DNA of 64,000 nucleotides from Acidobacteriota bacterium (GCA_965209055.1 OZ242374.1:5248001-5312000); one strand, 5' to 3'; shown: positions 50,688 through 60,250, counted from the first letter of the stretch. Program-made: numbers and translations. Notes: generated by a model not told the origin, from the letters alone.

Positions 50688-53174
50688 TTAGTCCGTCGAT
50701 AGGTCCTGCAGGCGCGCGTTGATCTGGTGCAGGCCCTCCAGCCAGGTGGCTTGGTCTCCGCCCAGTGGATCGACGGTGTCGAACGTAAAGTCCCGATCCA
50801 GGAGCGATTCCAACGCATCCAGTTCGGTCTCGGTTCGCGCGACCAGGGGAGCCACGACGTCCCGGCCCTTTTTGTCCAGCGAAGCCGCCAGCGCCTCATG
50901 GTAGCGATTCAAAACCCTGGAGAAACCCCGTCCCACTCGCAGACATTTGCGCAGGTACTCGACGTCGGGGCGGGCATCGGCGCGGAGATCGGAGGTCCCG
51001 AGCACTTCGGACACAAGCGCGACCGCTTCGGTGTTGACTTCGTCGTAGGCCTGCCAGAGTTCCGCCCACCGTTTCTGCCATTCCACGGCGTCGATGCCCA
51101 GAAGCGTCGTCAGTTCCGTGGCGCGCGCCGACAATTCCGGGCCTCCTGATTCCTGGTCCATGGCCAGAATTCGCCAGAGGATCGAGAGGGGATACAGTCT
51201 CTCGGCCGCCACCGGGACCAGAAGATCGATTTCACTTCCGTAGACCTGATCCACCGTCCGGTCGTAGTGGGTGGCCATGATCGTGCGGCCGATCCCCTCC
51301 GGCACTTCCATCCGGCGCTGAGTCCGGTAGAAGTTGAAAATCCGGTGCATTTTCGCGCCCGCATCGTCGCCGTAGAGTTGTCGGAAGGCCTCGGCGAGAA
51401 AACCGGAGGAGCCGGTGATCTCCGGTGGCAGATTCCGATTGTTCATCAACGCCCGCCAAGTCGATCGGGTCTCCTCGTAGCGGGTCGGAATGACATGGCC
51501 GGGGGCATCGACGTTCCAACTGTACTCCGCATTGAAGAGCTGAAGCGGCTCCTGGAAGCCGGCCCCACTGAAGTTGTAGATCGTCTCGGCTCCCTTGAAA
51601 ATCCCGTTCATGGCCGCAGTCCCTGCAAAGGGATAGTTGAAGGAATCTCTTGAATAGAGATCGGCGCCGCCCAGAAAGAAGAGGAAGGTGCGGTTGTTCA
51701 GGCCTTGGCTTCCCAACCTTTGGCGATAGGCATCGAGCCAGCGCACATCGGTTCCCTGTTGAGGGAAGATCTCCCGGAAGCCGATCTCGAAATTCTCGTC
51801 GTCGGGAAGCAGCGACACCACGTTTTCCCAGAAGATCAGGTGGTTCTCCCAGTCGGTGGGCAGGGTCGGAAACGGGTTGTAACCGGGACTGAGGAACATG
51901 ACGGTGCAGTCGCGGGCGGCATCATAGCCCGAATCGGCGTTCTTGACGCTTCGAATGGCCCGCAGAAGCTCGCTGTAAGCATGAGCCACGCCTCCGGCCC
52001 CGCCGTCTTTGGTGAGGAGGCTGTCGTTGGGCCATTTCTTGCGGCAACGAAAACATCTCTTTTTCCAGGTGACCCAGAGTTCGTAGTTGGTCAGGTGATA
52101 GTCGATGTTGGGATCACCGATTCCGCGGTCTTCATGGTGGATGTAGAGTGCTCCCGGCTCTACGGAGCGGACAAAGTCGGCCATCTCGGCGGCTTTGAGC
52201 CGGTTCAGCTCATCGTTCCCGCGACAGGTTCCCACGATGCCACGCCCCGGACGGTTTTCTCCGAAGCAGGAATAGATGGTTCCGTCCGGATAGTGATCGC
52301 GGTTGTACCAGACCTTGCCCACATTGTGTTCGGGCCGGACGATACGGCCGTAGTTGGCGCCGTATCCGGCAAACAGGAGCTTGATGCCTCGCGCTCTGGC
52401 GTAGGCGTTCAACTCCCTCATCATTCTCGAGTAGCCGGGAAACTTCTCCCGGTTCCACCCGTACCCGTCGAAGAAAACCATGTTGATCTTGTAGCGAAGA
52501 CAGAAATCGATTTTCCTCTTGATGCGCTGGACATAGGCCTGCTTGCCGTCACCCCAGTCATAGGACCAGCGGTTGATTTCCGCCAACAGCAACCAATCGG
52601 CCGCGGCCCGATAGCGAAAATCCGGAAAATCACGAACAGAGCCGTTGGGGACCAGAACCGCGCTACCGGCCCGCTTCATGACCTGCTGGAGAGACGCGGC
52701 AGCATAGAGAACGCCCTGGGCGCTTCCACCGACGAGCCAGACCTGTGGCGGGTTTCCCGGAACCACCTTGAGCACGTACCCTTGTTCGGCCTTGGCAGGA
52801 TCGGAAAGCAGGTCTCGATCAGCCGGCTCAAGGACGGAATCGGCTTGAGTTTTCAAAGCGCCGTCACGACTCCAGTCCACCAGGTAGATCCCGCCCGGCA
52901 CCGGCTGAGGTGCGGCGCCCGCCAGAAATGTGGGCGGCGGGAAGACTCCACTTTCCCGGGAGCGGATCAGGTCGGCCGCCAGGCGTTCCTTTGCCGAAGC
53001 TCCTTCGGCCAGGACCAGTCGAGTCGAGTCCGATCCTTTCTCAAACCGAACTGTCTGTTGGTCCCAAGCCTGATGCTGGGGCGTGGGAATGATCCGGGGC
53101 GTTCCTTCCAAGGCCTGGCCGCTGATGACCAGGAGGATCGCGCTGAGCAGTCCGGACATACTCCATCGATTCAT
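50688..53174 (-). CDS. GH20-N-domain putative glycoside hydrolase, paralogue D
   Basis: Signal peptide; IIPTPQ, GVLYAAASLQQ, VRDFPDFRYR, LYIHHED and RCFRCRKKWPND. Confidence 0.75.
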   Translation of the reverse strand: MNRWSMSGLLSAILLVISGQALEGTPRIIPTPQHQAWDQQTVRFEKGSDSTRLVLAEGASAKERLAADLIRSRESGVFPPPTFLAGAAPQPVPGGIYLVDWSRDGALKTQADSVLEPADRDLLSDPAKAEQGYVLKVVPGNPPQVWLVGGSAQGVLYAAASLQQVMKRAGSAVLVPNGSVRDFPDFRYRAAADWLLLAEINRWSYDWGDGKQAYVQRIKRKIDFCLRYKINMVFFDGYGWNREKFPGYSRMMRELNAYARARGIKLLFAGYGANYGRIVRPEHNVGKVWYNRDHYPDGTIYSCFGENRPGRGIVGTCRGNDELNRLKAAEMADFVRSVEPGALYIHHEDRGIGDPNIDYHLTNYELWVTWKKRCFRCRKKWPNDSLLTKDGGAGGVAHAYSELLRAIRSVKNADSGYDAARDCTVMFLSPGYNPFPTLPTDWENHLIFWENVVSLLPDDENFEIGFREIFPQQGTDVRWLDAYRQRLGSQGLNNRTFLFFLGGADLYSRDSFNYPFAGTAAMNGIFKGAETIYNFSGAGFQEPLQLFNAEYSWNVDAPGHVIPTRYEETRSTWRALMNNRNLPPEITGSSGFLAEAFRQLYGDDAGAKMHRIFNFYRTQRRMEVPEGIGRTIMATHYDRTVDQVYGSEIDLLVPVAAERLYPLSILWRILAMDQESGGPELSARATELTTLLGIDAVEWQKRWAELWQAYDEVNTEAVALVSEVLGTSDLRADARPDVEYLRKCLRVGRGFSRVLNRYHEALAASLDKKGRDVVAPLVARTETELDALESLLDRDFTFDTVDPLGGDQATWLEGLHQINARLQDLSTD

Positions 53175-53196
53175 GGGTGCACCGTGTTCCTTTCCT

Positions 53197-55650
53197 CTAA
53201 CGAAACTCGACGCCACGACGGGGCATCGACTGGGCCCACGCCAACAGGTTGCTTCTCAGTTCCTCCAGGGTCAGCGTCCAGCTCGACAGGTCGCCGCCTT
53301 TCGGATCCACCGTATCCAACGAAAAGGAGCCGTCGAGGTAAGTCCAAACCTGCTCGATCCCGGTGAGGATCTTCCTGATTTCCCCTTGTCCGTCCGGTCC
53401 CGTCACCCCATTGCCGATGGCGTCATGATAGGACGCCAGGAGATCTCCAAACCGGATCCCCACTTCCAGGCAGCGCTCCAGGTGGCGCAGATCCGGCACG
53501 GCGTCCTCCCTCACGTCGCCGGCACCGAGGGCTTCGGCCACCATTCCCTTCCCCTTTCGATTGACCTCGGCAAGCTGCCTCCAAAAGGCAGCGATCCTTC
53601 GTTGCAAGAGAGCGTAATCCTGCGAGGAATAAGTCCGCACTCGCCCCCTGATTCGGATTTCCGTGGCGGCATCCTCCGTGTCTTCCAGCGAGCGGCTTCC
53701 CGCCGACGCCGATCCCCAATAGGCGCTGTCGGCTTGAAAGAGCCGCCAGAAGACAGTGTTCGGATAGACCTTCCTGGGGTAGAAGGCGGGAATCTCATCG
53801 TCCCCGAGCGGTTCGAAGAAGTTGAAGAAACTCGCCATGAGCTTGCCCGTCTTCGCCCCGTAGATTCGAACGCACGCCTCTTCGAACAGTCCTCCGGAAC
53901 CGAACACTTCCTCGGGAAGTTCCTGGTTCGACCGGAGGCGGTTCCATGCAGCCAGAGTTGTCTCGAAAGTCTTCGGCCGCTGGTGGCCGGGAGCCTCGAC
54001 ATTCCAACTGAATTCGGCGTTGACGACCTGCAACGGTTCCTGGTGGACGCCTCCACTGAAATTGTAGATCGCTTCCGCGCCTTCAAAGATTCCGTTGATG
54101 ACCGGGGTCGCCGCATACGGATAGTTGAAGACTCCGCCGGAATATTGGTCGGCGCCCCCCAGGAAGAACATGAAGGATTTATCGCTCAATCCTCGGGAGG
54201 CCATTCTCTCCATGAACGCCGGAATCCACGGTTCACCCGTTCCCTGCCGGGGAAAAATCTCTCGAAAGCCGACCTCGACATTGCCCTGCGACGGCAGAAG
54301 CGATACGGCATTGGCCCAGAATTCGAGGGTTTTCTCCCAGTTGAGATCTTCATCGGTGTCGACGTCCGCCAGGCCGGACCGCCCGGAATCGATTCCATAA
54401 GGAGGCGAGATCAGAATGATGGTGCAATCGCGCGCCGCGTCGTAGCCGGTATCCGGGTTGCGCACTTGTTGGACGCTTTCGACGATCTGACCGTATCGAT
54501 AGGCCAGGGCTCCGGCGCCTCCGTCAATAGCGGCGAAATCGTCGTTGGGCCAGCGGCCCTTGCACCCCGGATCGCGGGCCTTCCATCGCTCCACGTTGCT
54601 CTTGTAGTGTCCCGTGTCCTCGTGATGGATGTACAGAGCCCCGGGTTCCACCGTGCGAACCAACTCGGTGATGGCTCCGGCGATCTGCCGGTTTTGCGCC
54701 TCGTTCGAGCGGCAGGTGCCCATCGTGGGGTGCAGCGGTGTTCGGAGTTCGCCGTAACACGCGTATGTAGGTCCGTTCGGGTAGCTTTTCCGATTCAGGA
54801 ATACCTTCCCGATGTTGTGCTCGGGCTCGACCTTGAGGGGGTCGAAGTTGGCGCCGAATCCGGCATAAACCAGCTTGATCCCCCGCTCACGGGCGTAGGA
54901 GTTCAGTTCCCGCATCATGGCGCCGTAGCCGGGCGTCTTTTCGGCCGTCCACCCGAAGCCGTCAAAGAAAACCATGTTGATCTTGAAGCGCACACAGAAA
55001 TCGAGCTTTCGCTTGATCCGCTCCATGTACGCTTTCCTGCCGTCTCCCCAGTCGTAGCCCCAGCGGTTGAGCTCGGCGCGCATGAGCCAGTCCGCCGCGG
55101 CCCGGTACTTGAAGTCCGGGTAATCCCTCACTTCCACTTCAGGGACGGCGAGCTCCCCGTCCTCCACCGACCAAAGCTGCACGAGAGTCGTCGCCGCGTA
55201 GAGCACACCCAAGGGAGCGGACCCGAACAGAAGTATCCGTTGGCCTTGAAGATCCGTCTTGACCACATAAGCCTGGCCGGTCTCTTGGGGATCGTTCAGC
55301 ACCTTCCGGTCGGCGTCGGACAGGAGTCTCAGCAACTCATAGGTTCGGTTTTCCGTTCGGCTCCAGTCCACCAGCAATATGCAGGGCGTTTCGGAACATT
55401 CCGCCGCCATCTGCAGCCGAACTCCACCGGCGCCGGCCTCCTTGCGAAGAAACTCTTCCGCAAGCTCACCCATTCGGCTACTCGACGGGCGAGCCACGAC
55501 CCAACCGCCGGACCCTCCTGCACCGCTCTTCAGTATCCCGGACCCGGCTTCCAGGGCTTGAGGCATGGGAATCACGCGGGGCGTGGCCCAAAGCGCAGGG
55601 ACCGGGAGCAAAAACGAGAGGACGATCAAACTCCTTCTGACGGAACACAT
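53197..55650 (-). CDS. GH20-N-domain putative glycoside hydrolase, paralogue E
   Basis: GAGGAG RBS; signal peptide; VIPMPQ, GVLYAATTLVQL, VRDYPDFKYR and LYIHHED. Confidence 0.75.
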   Translation of the reverse strand: MCSVRRSLIVLSFLLPVPALWATPRVIPMPQALEAGSGILKSGAGGSGGWVVARPSSSRMGELAEEFLRKEAGAGGVRLQMAAECSETPCILLVDWSRTENRTYELLRLLSDADRKVLNDPQETGQAYVVKTDLQGQRILLFGSAPLGVLYAATTLVQLWSVEDGELAVPEVEVRDYPDFKYRAAADWLMRAELNRWGYDWGDGRKAYMERIKRKLDFCVRFKINMVFFDGFGWTAEKTPGYGAMMRELNSYARERGIKLVYAGFGANFDPLKVEPEHNIGKVFLNRKSYPNGPTYACYGELRTPLHPTMGTCRSNEAQNRQIAGAITELVRTVEPGALYIHHEDTGHYKSNVERWKARDPGCKGRWPNDDFAAIDGGAGALAYRYGQIVESVQQVRNPDTGYDAARDCTIILISPPYGIDSGRSGLADVDTDEDLNWEKTLEFWANAVSLLPSQGNVEVGFREIFPRQGTGEPWIPAFMERMASRGLSDKSFMFFLGGADQYSGGVFNYPYAATPVINGIFEGAEAIYNFSGGVHQEPLQVVNAEFSWNVEAPGHQRPKTFETTLAAWNRLRSNQELPEEVFGSGGLFEEACVRIYGAKTGKLMASFFNFFEPLGDDEIPAFYPRKVYPNTVFWRLFQADSAYWGSASAGSRSLEDTEDAATEIRIRGRVRTYSSQDYALLQRRIAAFWRQLAEVNRKGKGMVAEALGAGDVREDAVPDLRHLERCLEVGIRFGDLLASYHDAIGNGVTGPDGQGEIRKILTGIEQVWTYLDGSFSLDTVDPKGGDLSSWTLTLEELRSNLLAWAQSMPRRGVEFR

Positions 55651-55776
55651 GAATCTATTCTCTCCTCTGAAGGGCTGCGACCGCAGAGAGGGGGGCGGGA
55701 ACACCCCTTATTCTCGAGTTTCGGGACCACACCCTGGACTCCACGGAAGTCAGGCCCACAAGCCAGCGTCGTGAAG

Positions 55777-55805
55777 TGGACTTCACCTGGTCCCCGGTCT
55801 ATCTT
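55777..55805 (+). promoter_or_regulatory. Putative sigma70-type promoter (shared cassette) overlapping the palindrome GTGAAGT-GG-ACTTCAC
   Basis: TGGACT-tcacctggtccccggtc(17)-TATCTT upstream of the phosphotriesterase-like gene. Confidence 0.7.
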
Positions 55806-55854
55806 GGTGAACGATCTTGTCGACTTGGATGCAGGTTAGGGAGCGGGTGAGTTG

Positions 55855-56823
55855 ATGTCAAGCCAGGGCGAAATCGTGACCGTCTTGGGCCCAATTCCCC
55901 AGGAGGACGCCGGGTTTACCCTCTGTCACGAACACCTGATCTGCGACCTCTGGCCCTTGTTCCCCAGCTACAACAACATCCTGGATGAGGAGAGGCTGGC
56001 GGTACGGGAATTGTCCGAATTCAAGAAGGCGGACGGCCGCACGCTGGTGGATTGCACCAGCATCGGACTGGGCCGGGAACCAGAAACCCTGAGGCGCATC
56101 TCCCGGTCGACCGGCGTCAACATCGTGATGGGGACGGGCTGGTACCGGGAGGAGGTCTATCCGCCGGAGATTCGCGAGAAGTCCACGGACCAACTGGCGG
56201 ATCTGATGGTCCAGGAACTCCGGGAAGGGGTCGGCGATAGTGGAATACGGGCCGGATTCATCGGAGAGATCGGAACGGAACGTTATTCCATCACACCGGC
56301 CCAGGAGAAGGTGTTTCGAGCTGCAGCTCGAGCACAGAAGAGAACCGGCGTCAGCATCTGGACTCACACCACTCATTTCGGCGAGTTGGCTCTCGAGCAG
56401 ATCGATCTCCTGGAAGAGGAGGGCGTGACCAGCGATCGTATCGTCATCAGTCATTTGGGAGATCGTCCCGTACCGGATCGATTCCTGGCCATCGGCGAAA
56501 GGGGGGTGTTCCTGGGAATCGACAACATCGGATACGTGGGCGACGGTTATCCTCACGACAACGTCCGCGTCGCCAATATCCGGGCCTTGATTTCGGCGGG
56601 ACATCTGAACCAGATCATGCTCTCGCTGGACATTTGCATGAAGGGCCATCTCCTGGCCTACGGAGGCAAGGGATACGCCTATTTGCAAAGAGAATTCCTG
56701 CCCCGGTTGAAGCGCGCGGGGGTGACGGATGAACAGATTCGATGCATGACCGTGATCAACCCCGGACGTGCCCTGGTAGTGAGGGACTCCCCCCACCGGC
56801 CCGGTCCGGCGGACGCCCGGTAG
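55855..56823 (+). CDS. Phosphotriesterase-family (PTE/Php-like) amidohydrolase
   Basis: TVLGPI...GFTLCHEHL, VNIVMGTGWY, RAGFIGEIG, WTHT, ISHL and LSLD. Confidence 0.92.
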   Translation: MSSQGEIVTVLGPIPQEDAGFTLCHEHLICDLWPLFPSYNNILDEERLAVRELSEFKKADGRTLVDCTSIGLGREPETLRRISRSTGVNIVMGTGWYREEVYPPEIREKSTDQLADLMVQELREGVGDSGIRAGFIGEIGTERYSITPAQEKVFRAAARAQKRTGVSIWTHTTHFGELALEQIDLLEEEGVTSDRIVISHLGDRPVPDRFLAIGERGVFLGIDNIGYVGDGYPHDNVRVANIRALISAGHLNQIMLSLDICMKGHLLAYGGKGYAYLQREFLPRLKRAGVTDEQIRCMTVINPGRALVVRDSPHRPGPADAR

Positions 56824-56924
56824 AAAAAGTTGGGAGCGGGAGCGGGGGCTGGGGCGGCGGTTTCCTAACCGCCGAACTCCGGTGTAGCAAAGTGGCGACG
56901 GAAGAACGGGCGATTGGAAATCCG
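56790..56924 (+). repeat. REP doublet with extension, overlapping the PTE 3' end
   Basis: CCCCACCGGCCCGGTCCGGCGGACGCCCGGTAGAAAA...GGCGGTTTCCTAACCGCC...GGGCGATTGGAAATC. Confidence 0.85.
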
Positions 56925-56997
56925 TTACCCTATCCAGATGAGTTATGGGATATATCCCTATTTATCAACAGGTTATCCCAATTCTCCCCTGTGATCA

Positions 56998-59992
56998 CTA
57001 CCCCTTGTTTTCTACCCGTTGCCTGTTTGTTGCCTGTTGCGTTTGTGAGTCTTCGTTAGCCTGTGCCTCTCGAATGCTGGCAAGAGCATGCGAACTGACG
57101 TACCCCGCATACCGCATGGTCGTGCTGATCGCCGAGTGGCCCATCAGCTTCTGCACCGTCCTCACGTCCACACCCTGCATCAGCCAGTGGCTGCAACGGA
57201 ATCGCCGCAGGTCGTGAAATCCGACCTTCAACCCCACCCGCTCGGCGGCTCGTCGCAGTGGCTTGTCCGGATTCACCCATCTCGTCCCGGTCCCGCTGTT
57301 GACAAAGACGTATGAGGTGTTCAGGTACCGTGGGAGCCCTGCCAGATATCCGGTGGCGTACTTCGACAGCGGGATCTCCCTTGTCTCGTCGTTCTTGGTG
57401 AATTCCACCCATAGCAGCCTCCGGGATAGGTCCACCCGTTTCCAGGTGAGCCACAACGCTTCTCCCTTTCGTATCCCCGTCTCGCCGATCACTGCGATCA
57501 TGGCTTGCAGGTAAGGGTTGTCTATCGCCTTGACTAGGTCGCGGAACTGTGGAACCGTCAAGGGCCGGAAGACCTTCTTCGGCTCCTTCAGATTGGGGAA
57601 CCGAATCAGCGGGTGCGTGTCCACTTCCCCGCACTCCAGCGCATAGGAAAACAGCTTGCTGATGGCGGCGATGGCGCGGTTCACCGTGGCGGGTTTGACC
57701 TGTTTCTTCCTCTGAGCGACGTAGCGGTGCAGGTCTTTGCGTTGGAACTCTTTCAAGGGTATGTTCCCCAGCATGGCATTGAGGCTCTTGAACGAACCCT
57801 CATAGCTCCGCCAGGAGCGCATGCGAGGTTTGCAGTACTCCTCGAGAAAACGCTCGTAGAAGCTCCGGACCGTCCAGATCGTGCGTTTCCCACCGGCGAG
57901 CTCTTGCTTGAGCTGCTTCCAGGTGCCGTCCAGGATGCTCGACTCGATTCGTGTTTGAAGCGCCTGTGCGCTCCGGTAATTGGGGGCGTACATTCGGAGC
58001 CGACCGGATCCGTTCGGCCAGTACTTGCTGACGACGTACCGTCGTCTCCCCCGGCGATCCTTCACCTTATGTCGCGGTAGGAACGGCGGTTTCCCTCCGC
58101 CCCCCGCACAGATCCGTGCGTGCCCGTTAGGGCACACGGCTCCTGCCTTGGGTCGTTACGGTGAGCCGTTCGCTCGGCCACGGGTGGCGAATCGTCACCG
58201 ACGGCCAGAGAAGCTTGGCCATCTTTCGGAGCCGTCTCCACGTGAAGCGCGCTCGCTGCGACCGGCGGCGCAACACCCGCATCCACTGCTCTCGCAGCCG
58301 ATATCGAAAGCCTTGCAGCCATCGTCCACTTCCGGGGACCGCAAAGTAGTTGAGCCAGCCGTTCAATACGCGGCCCAACCATTTCCCGACCTCCCAGATG
58401 TCGTCGTGCCGGCGTCTTCGCAGCCTCTCCCCCACCCGTTTCAGGGTTCGTTGCATCCGCTTCGCACTCGGTTTCCGCCCCAGCCGGAACCGCCCCTTCC
58501 GGGTCTTCGCACAGTAGTGCGTGAAGCCCAGGAAATCGAACGTTTCCGGTTTCCGCGCCCCGCGTCGCCGCCGATCCGCTGCCGCAAATCGCCCGAACTC
58601 CACCAGTCGCGTCTTTTCCGGGTGCAGTTCCAGTCCGAACTCGGCGCACCGTTCCCCCAGGTCTCGGAGAAACCGCTCCGCGTCTGCCCGCTTCTCGAAT
58701 CCGGCCACGAAGTCGTCCGCATACCGCACCAGGATCGCCTCGCCTTTCGGGACTCGTGGACGCCATTTCCGATGGAACCACTGGTCCAGCACGTAGTGCA
58801 GGTACACATTTGCCAGCACCGGGGAGACGATGGAGCCCTGAGGCGTCCCTTTCCCCGTGTCCGACCGGGTCCCTTCTTCCATCACTCCCGCGTTCAGCCA
58901 CTTGGTCAGGAGCCGCAACACCCGCCGGTCCCCGATCCGATGTTCCACGAACCGGATCATCCAGTCCCGGTCGATCGCATCGAAAAACGTTCGGATGTCC
59001 GCGTCCACGATCCAATTGACTTTCCGCCGTTCGATCCCGTAGGCCAGGGCATCCAGCGCGTCATGCGCCTTCCGTCCGGGCCGGAACCCGTAGCTGAGCC
59101 CGAGAAACTCCGCCTCATAGATCGGCGTCAGGAGCTCGTCCACCACGGCCTTCTGGAGGATCTTGTCCTCCAGTGCCGCGATCCCGAGCGGTCGTGTCCG
59201 TCCGTCCGGCTTGGGGATTCTCACCCGCCGGACGGGAGGCGCCCGGTACGCGCCCCGGTGCACGCGGCGATGCAGGTCCAGCAGTCGCTCTTCCAGCTTC
59301 GCCCCGTACTCCTCCCACCGCACTCCGTCGATTCCCGGGGCCGCATCCTTCCTCAGTCCGAGGTAGGCGCGGCGCAAGGCCTCCACGGTGATATGGTGCA
59401 ACAGCGCGGTCAGTCGCTCCTTGGGGTTTCTCGCTATGGCTCGCCGTATCCGGTCCGCCGCTTGGGACACGCTCCCCCGACTCTGCGTCCGGCGCGTGCT
59501 TTGGCACACCGAATTCCCCTTGGCTTCATCCCTTCGCTCCACCGGCTCCGCCGAGGGTTCCCCCTCTTTGTTCGCCCGCTTCATCGCTACTATGGATGAA
59601 TCCGACTGCTTCGTTTCGTCCATCATGAGGTTCGGTTTGCTCCTTTCTCATGCGGCCCTGGCTCGACCACCGGAGCGAAATGAAGCCCTCCCAGGTCCCG
59701 ACACAAGACGTACGTGCGTGCTTGGGTTCCTAGACACCGCGGTGTCCGTCTGTCCCTCACCTTCCCGGTCCAGCCGGTGTTGCCTTCGACCGCATCCACA
59801 GCCTCGGCACTTCCGTTCCTGCATGTTTCGATGCTCAATAGCCCCGCCCACACGCGCCGCTGCCGACGCTTCGCCGACACCCTCACGGGTGCCAACGCAC
59901 GGCTCGCGGAGAAACGTGGATGGTTAGTCCTTCGTTTCAGCGGACTTTCACCGCTTGTCTTGTGCCAGTTAGCCTGGCGCACAGATGCCCAT
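56998..59992 (-). CDS. Tyrosine recombinase/phage-type integrase, split by a group II intron (exons 59983-59992 and 56998-58070)
   Basis: AGGAGGAG RBS, then ATGGGCATCT | ATAAGGTG gives MGIYKVKDRRG..., 360 aa. Catalytic motifs TGIRKGE, TKN, FHDLRR and MGHSAISTTMRY. Confidence 0.9.
58071..59982 (-). mobile_element. Group II intron (1912 nt)
   Basis: 5' GTGCGCC at 59982. Domain V GAGCCGTGTGCCCTAACGGGCACGCACGGATC, and domain VI ending CCTACCGCGAC at 58071. Confidence 0.92.
58127..59626 (-). CDS. ltrA: Group II intron reverse transcriptase/maturase (no endonuclease domain)
   Basis: IPKPDGRTRPLGI, SYGFRPGR, GTPQGSIVSPVLANVYL, RYADD, FDFLGF and GWLNYF. Confidence 0.95.
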   Translation of the reverse strand: MMDETKQSDSSIVAMKRANKEGEPSAEPVERRDEAKGNSVCQSTRRTQSRGSVSQAADRIRRAIARNPKERLTALLHHITVEALRRAYLGLRKDAAPGIDGVRWEEYGAKLEERLLDLHRRVHRGAYRAPPVRRVRIPKPDGRTRPLGIAALEDKILQKAVVDELLTPIYEAEFLGLSYGFRPGRKAHDALDALAYGIERRKVNWIVDADIRTFFDAIDRDWMIRFVEHRIGDRRVLRLLTKWLNAGVMEEGTRSDTGKGTPQGSIVSPVLANVYLHYVLDQWFHRKWRPRVPKGEAILVRYADDFVAGFEKRADAERFLRDLGERCAEFGLELHPEKTRLVEFGRFAAADRRRRGARKPETFDFLGFTHYCAKTRKGRFRLGRKPSAKRMQRTLKRVGERLRRRRHDDIWEVGKWLGRVLNGWLNYFAVPGSGRWLQGFRYRLREQWMRVLRRRSQRARFTWRRLRKMAKLLWPSVTIRHPWPSERLTVTTQGRSRVP

Positions 59993-60099
59993 GCATCTCC
60001 TCCTTTCTGGATCCGGGTTCTTCGCCGTGGCGCGAATCCTACCACGGCTCCAGAGAATCCGCGTAGGCGTTTAGGTCCTCCAGGTCGGAGTCCCGGCGG

Positions 60100-60250
60100 C
60101 GTCTACCGCTAATTTCGGGTGAACCCCTCCAAGGCGGGTGACAAAACAGTCGTCGATGACTTTCGCAAAAAGTCACTGCGCGAGTTGAAGAACATCGAGG
60201 AGGCTTGGCCGGAACCCAACTACGGGCTGACTTGGGGCGGCCTCACCCAC
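60100..60250 (+). pseudogene. Plasmid-type replication protein RepA C-terminal remnant
   Basis: Degraded VYR*F..VNPSKAGDKTVVDDFRKKSLRELKNIEEAWPEPNY resembles RepA_C ends (from memory of the family). Confidence 0.5.

Noticed and set aside
53083-55839. 918-aa plus-strand ORF and similar long antisense ORFs (30956-32671, 51705-53366, 57980-59599, 4620-5858)
   Set aside because: These are shadows of well-supported opposite-strand genes in GC-rich DNA and show no recognisable motifs.
56926-56954. dif-like Xer site
   Set aside because: Only a partial XerD-arm resemblance (TTATGGGATAT) and no convincing XerC arm.
58127-59626. Reverse transcriptase as a retron, DGR or defence RT
   Set aside because: It has a maturase X domain and lies within canonical group II intron boundaries (GTGCG...AC, domain V).
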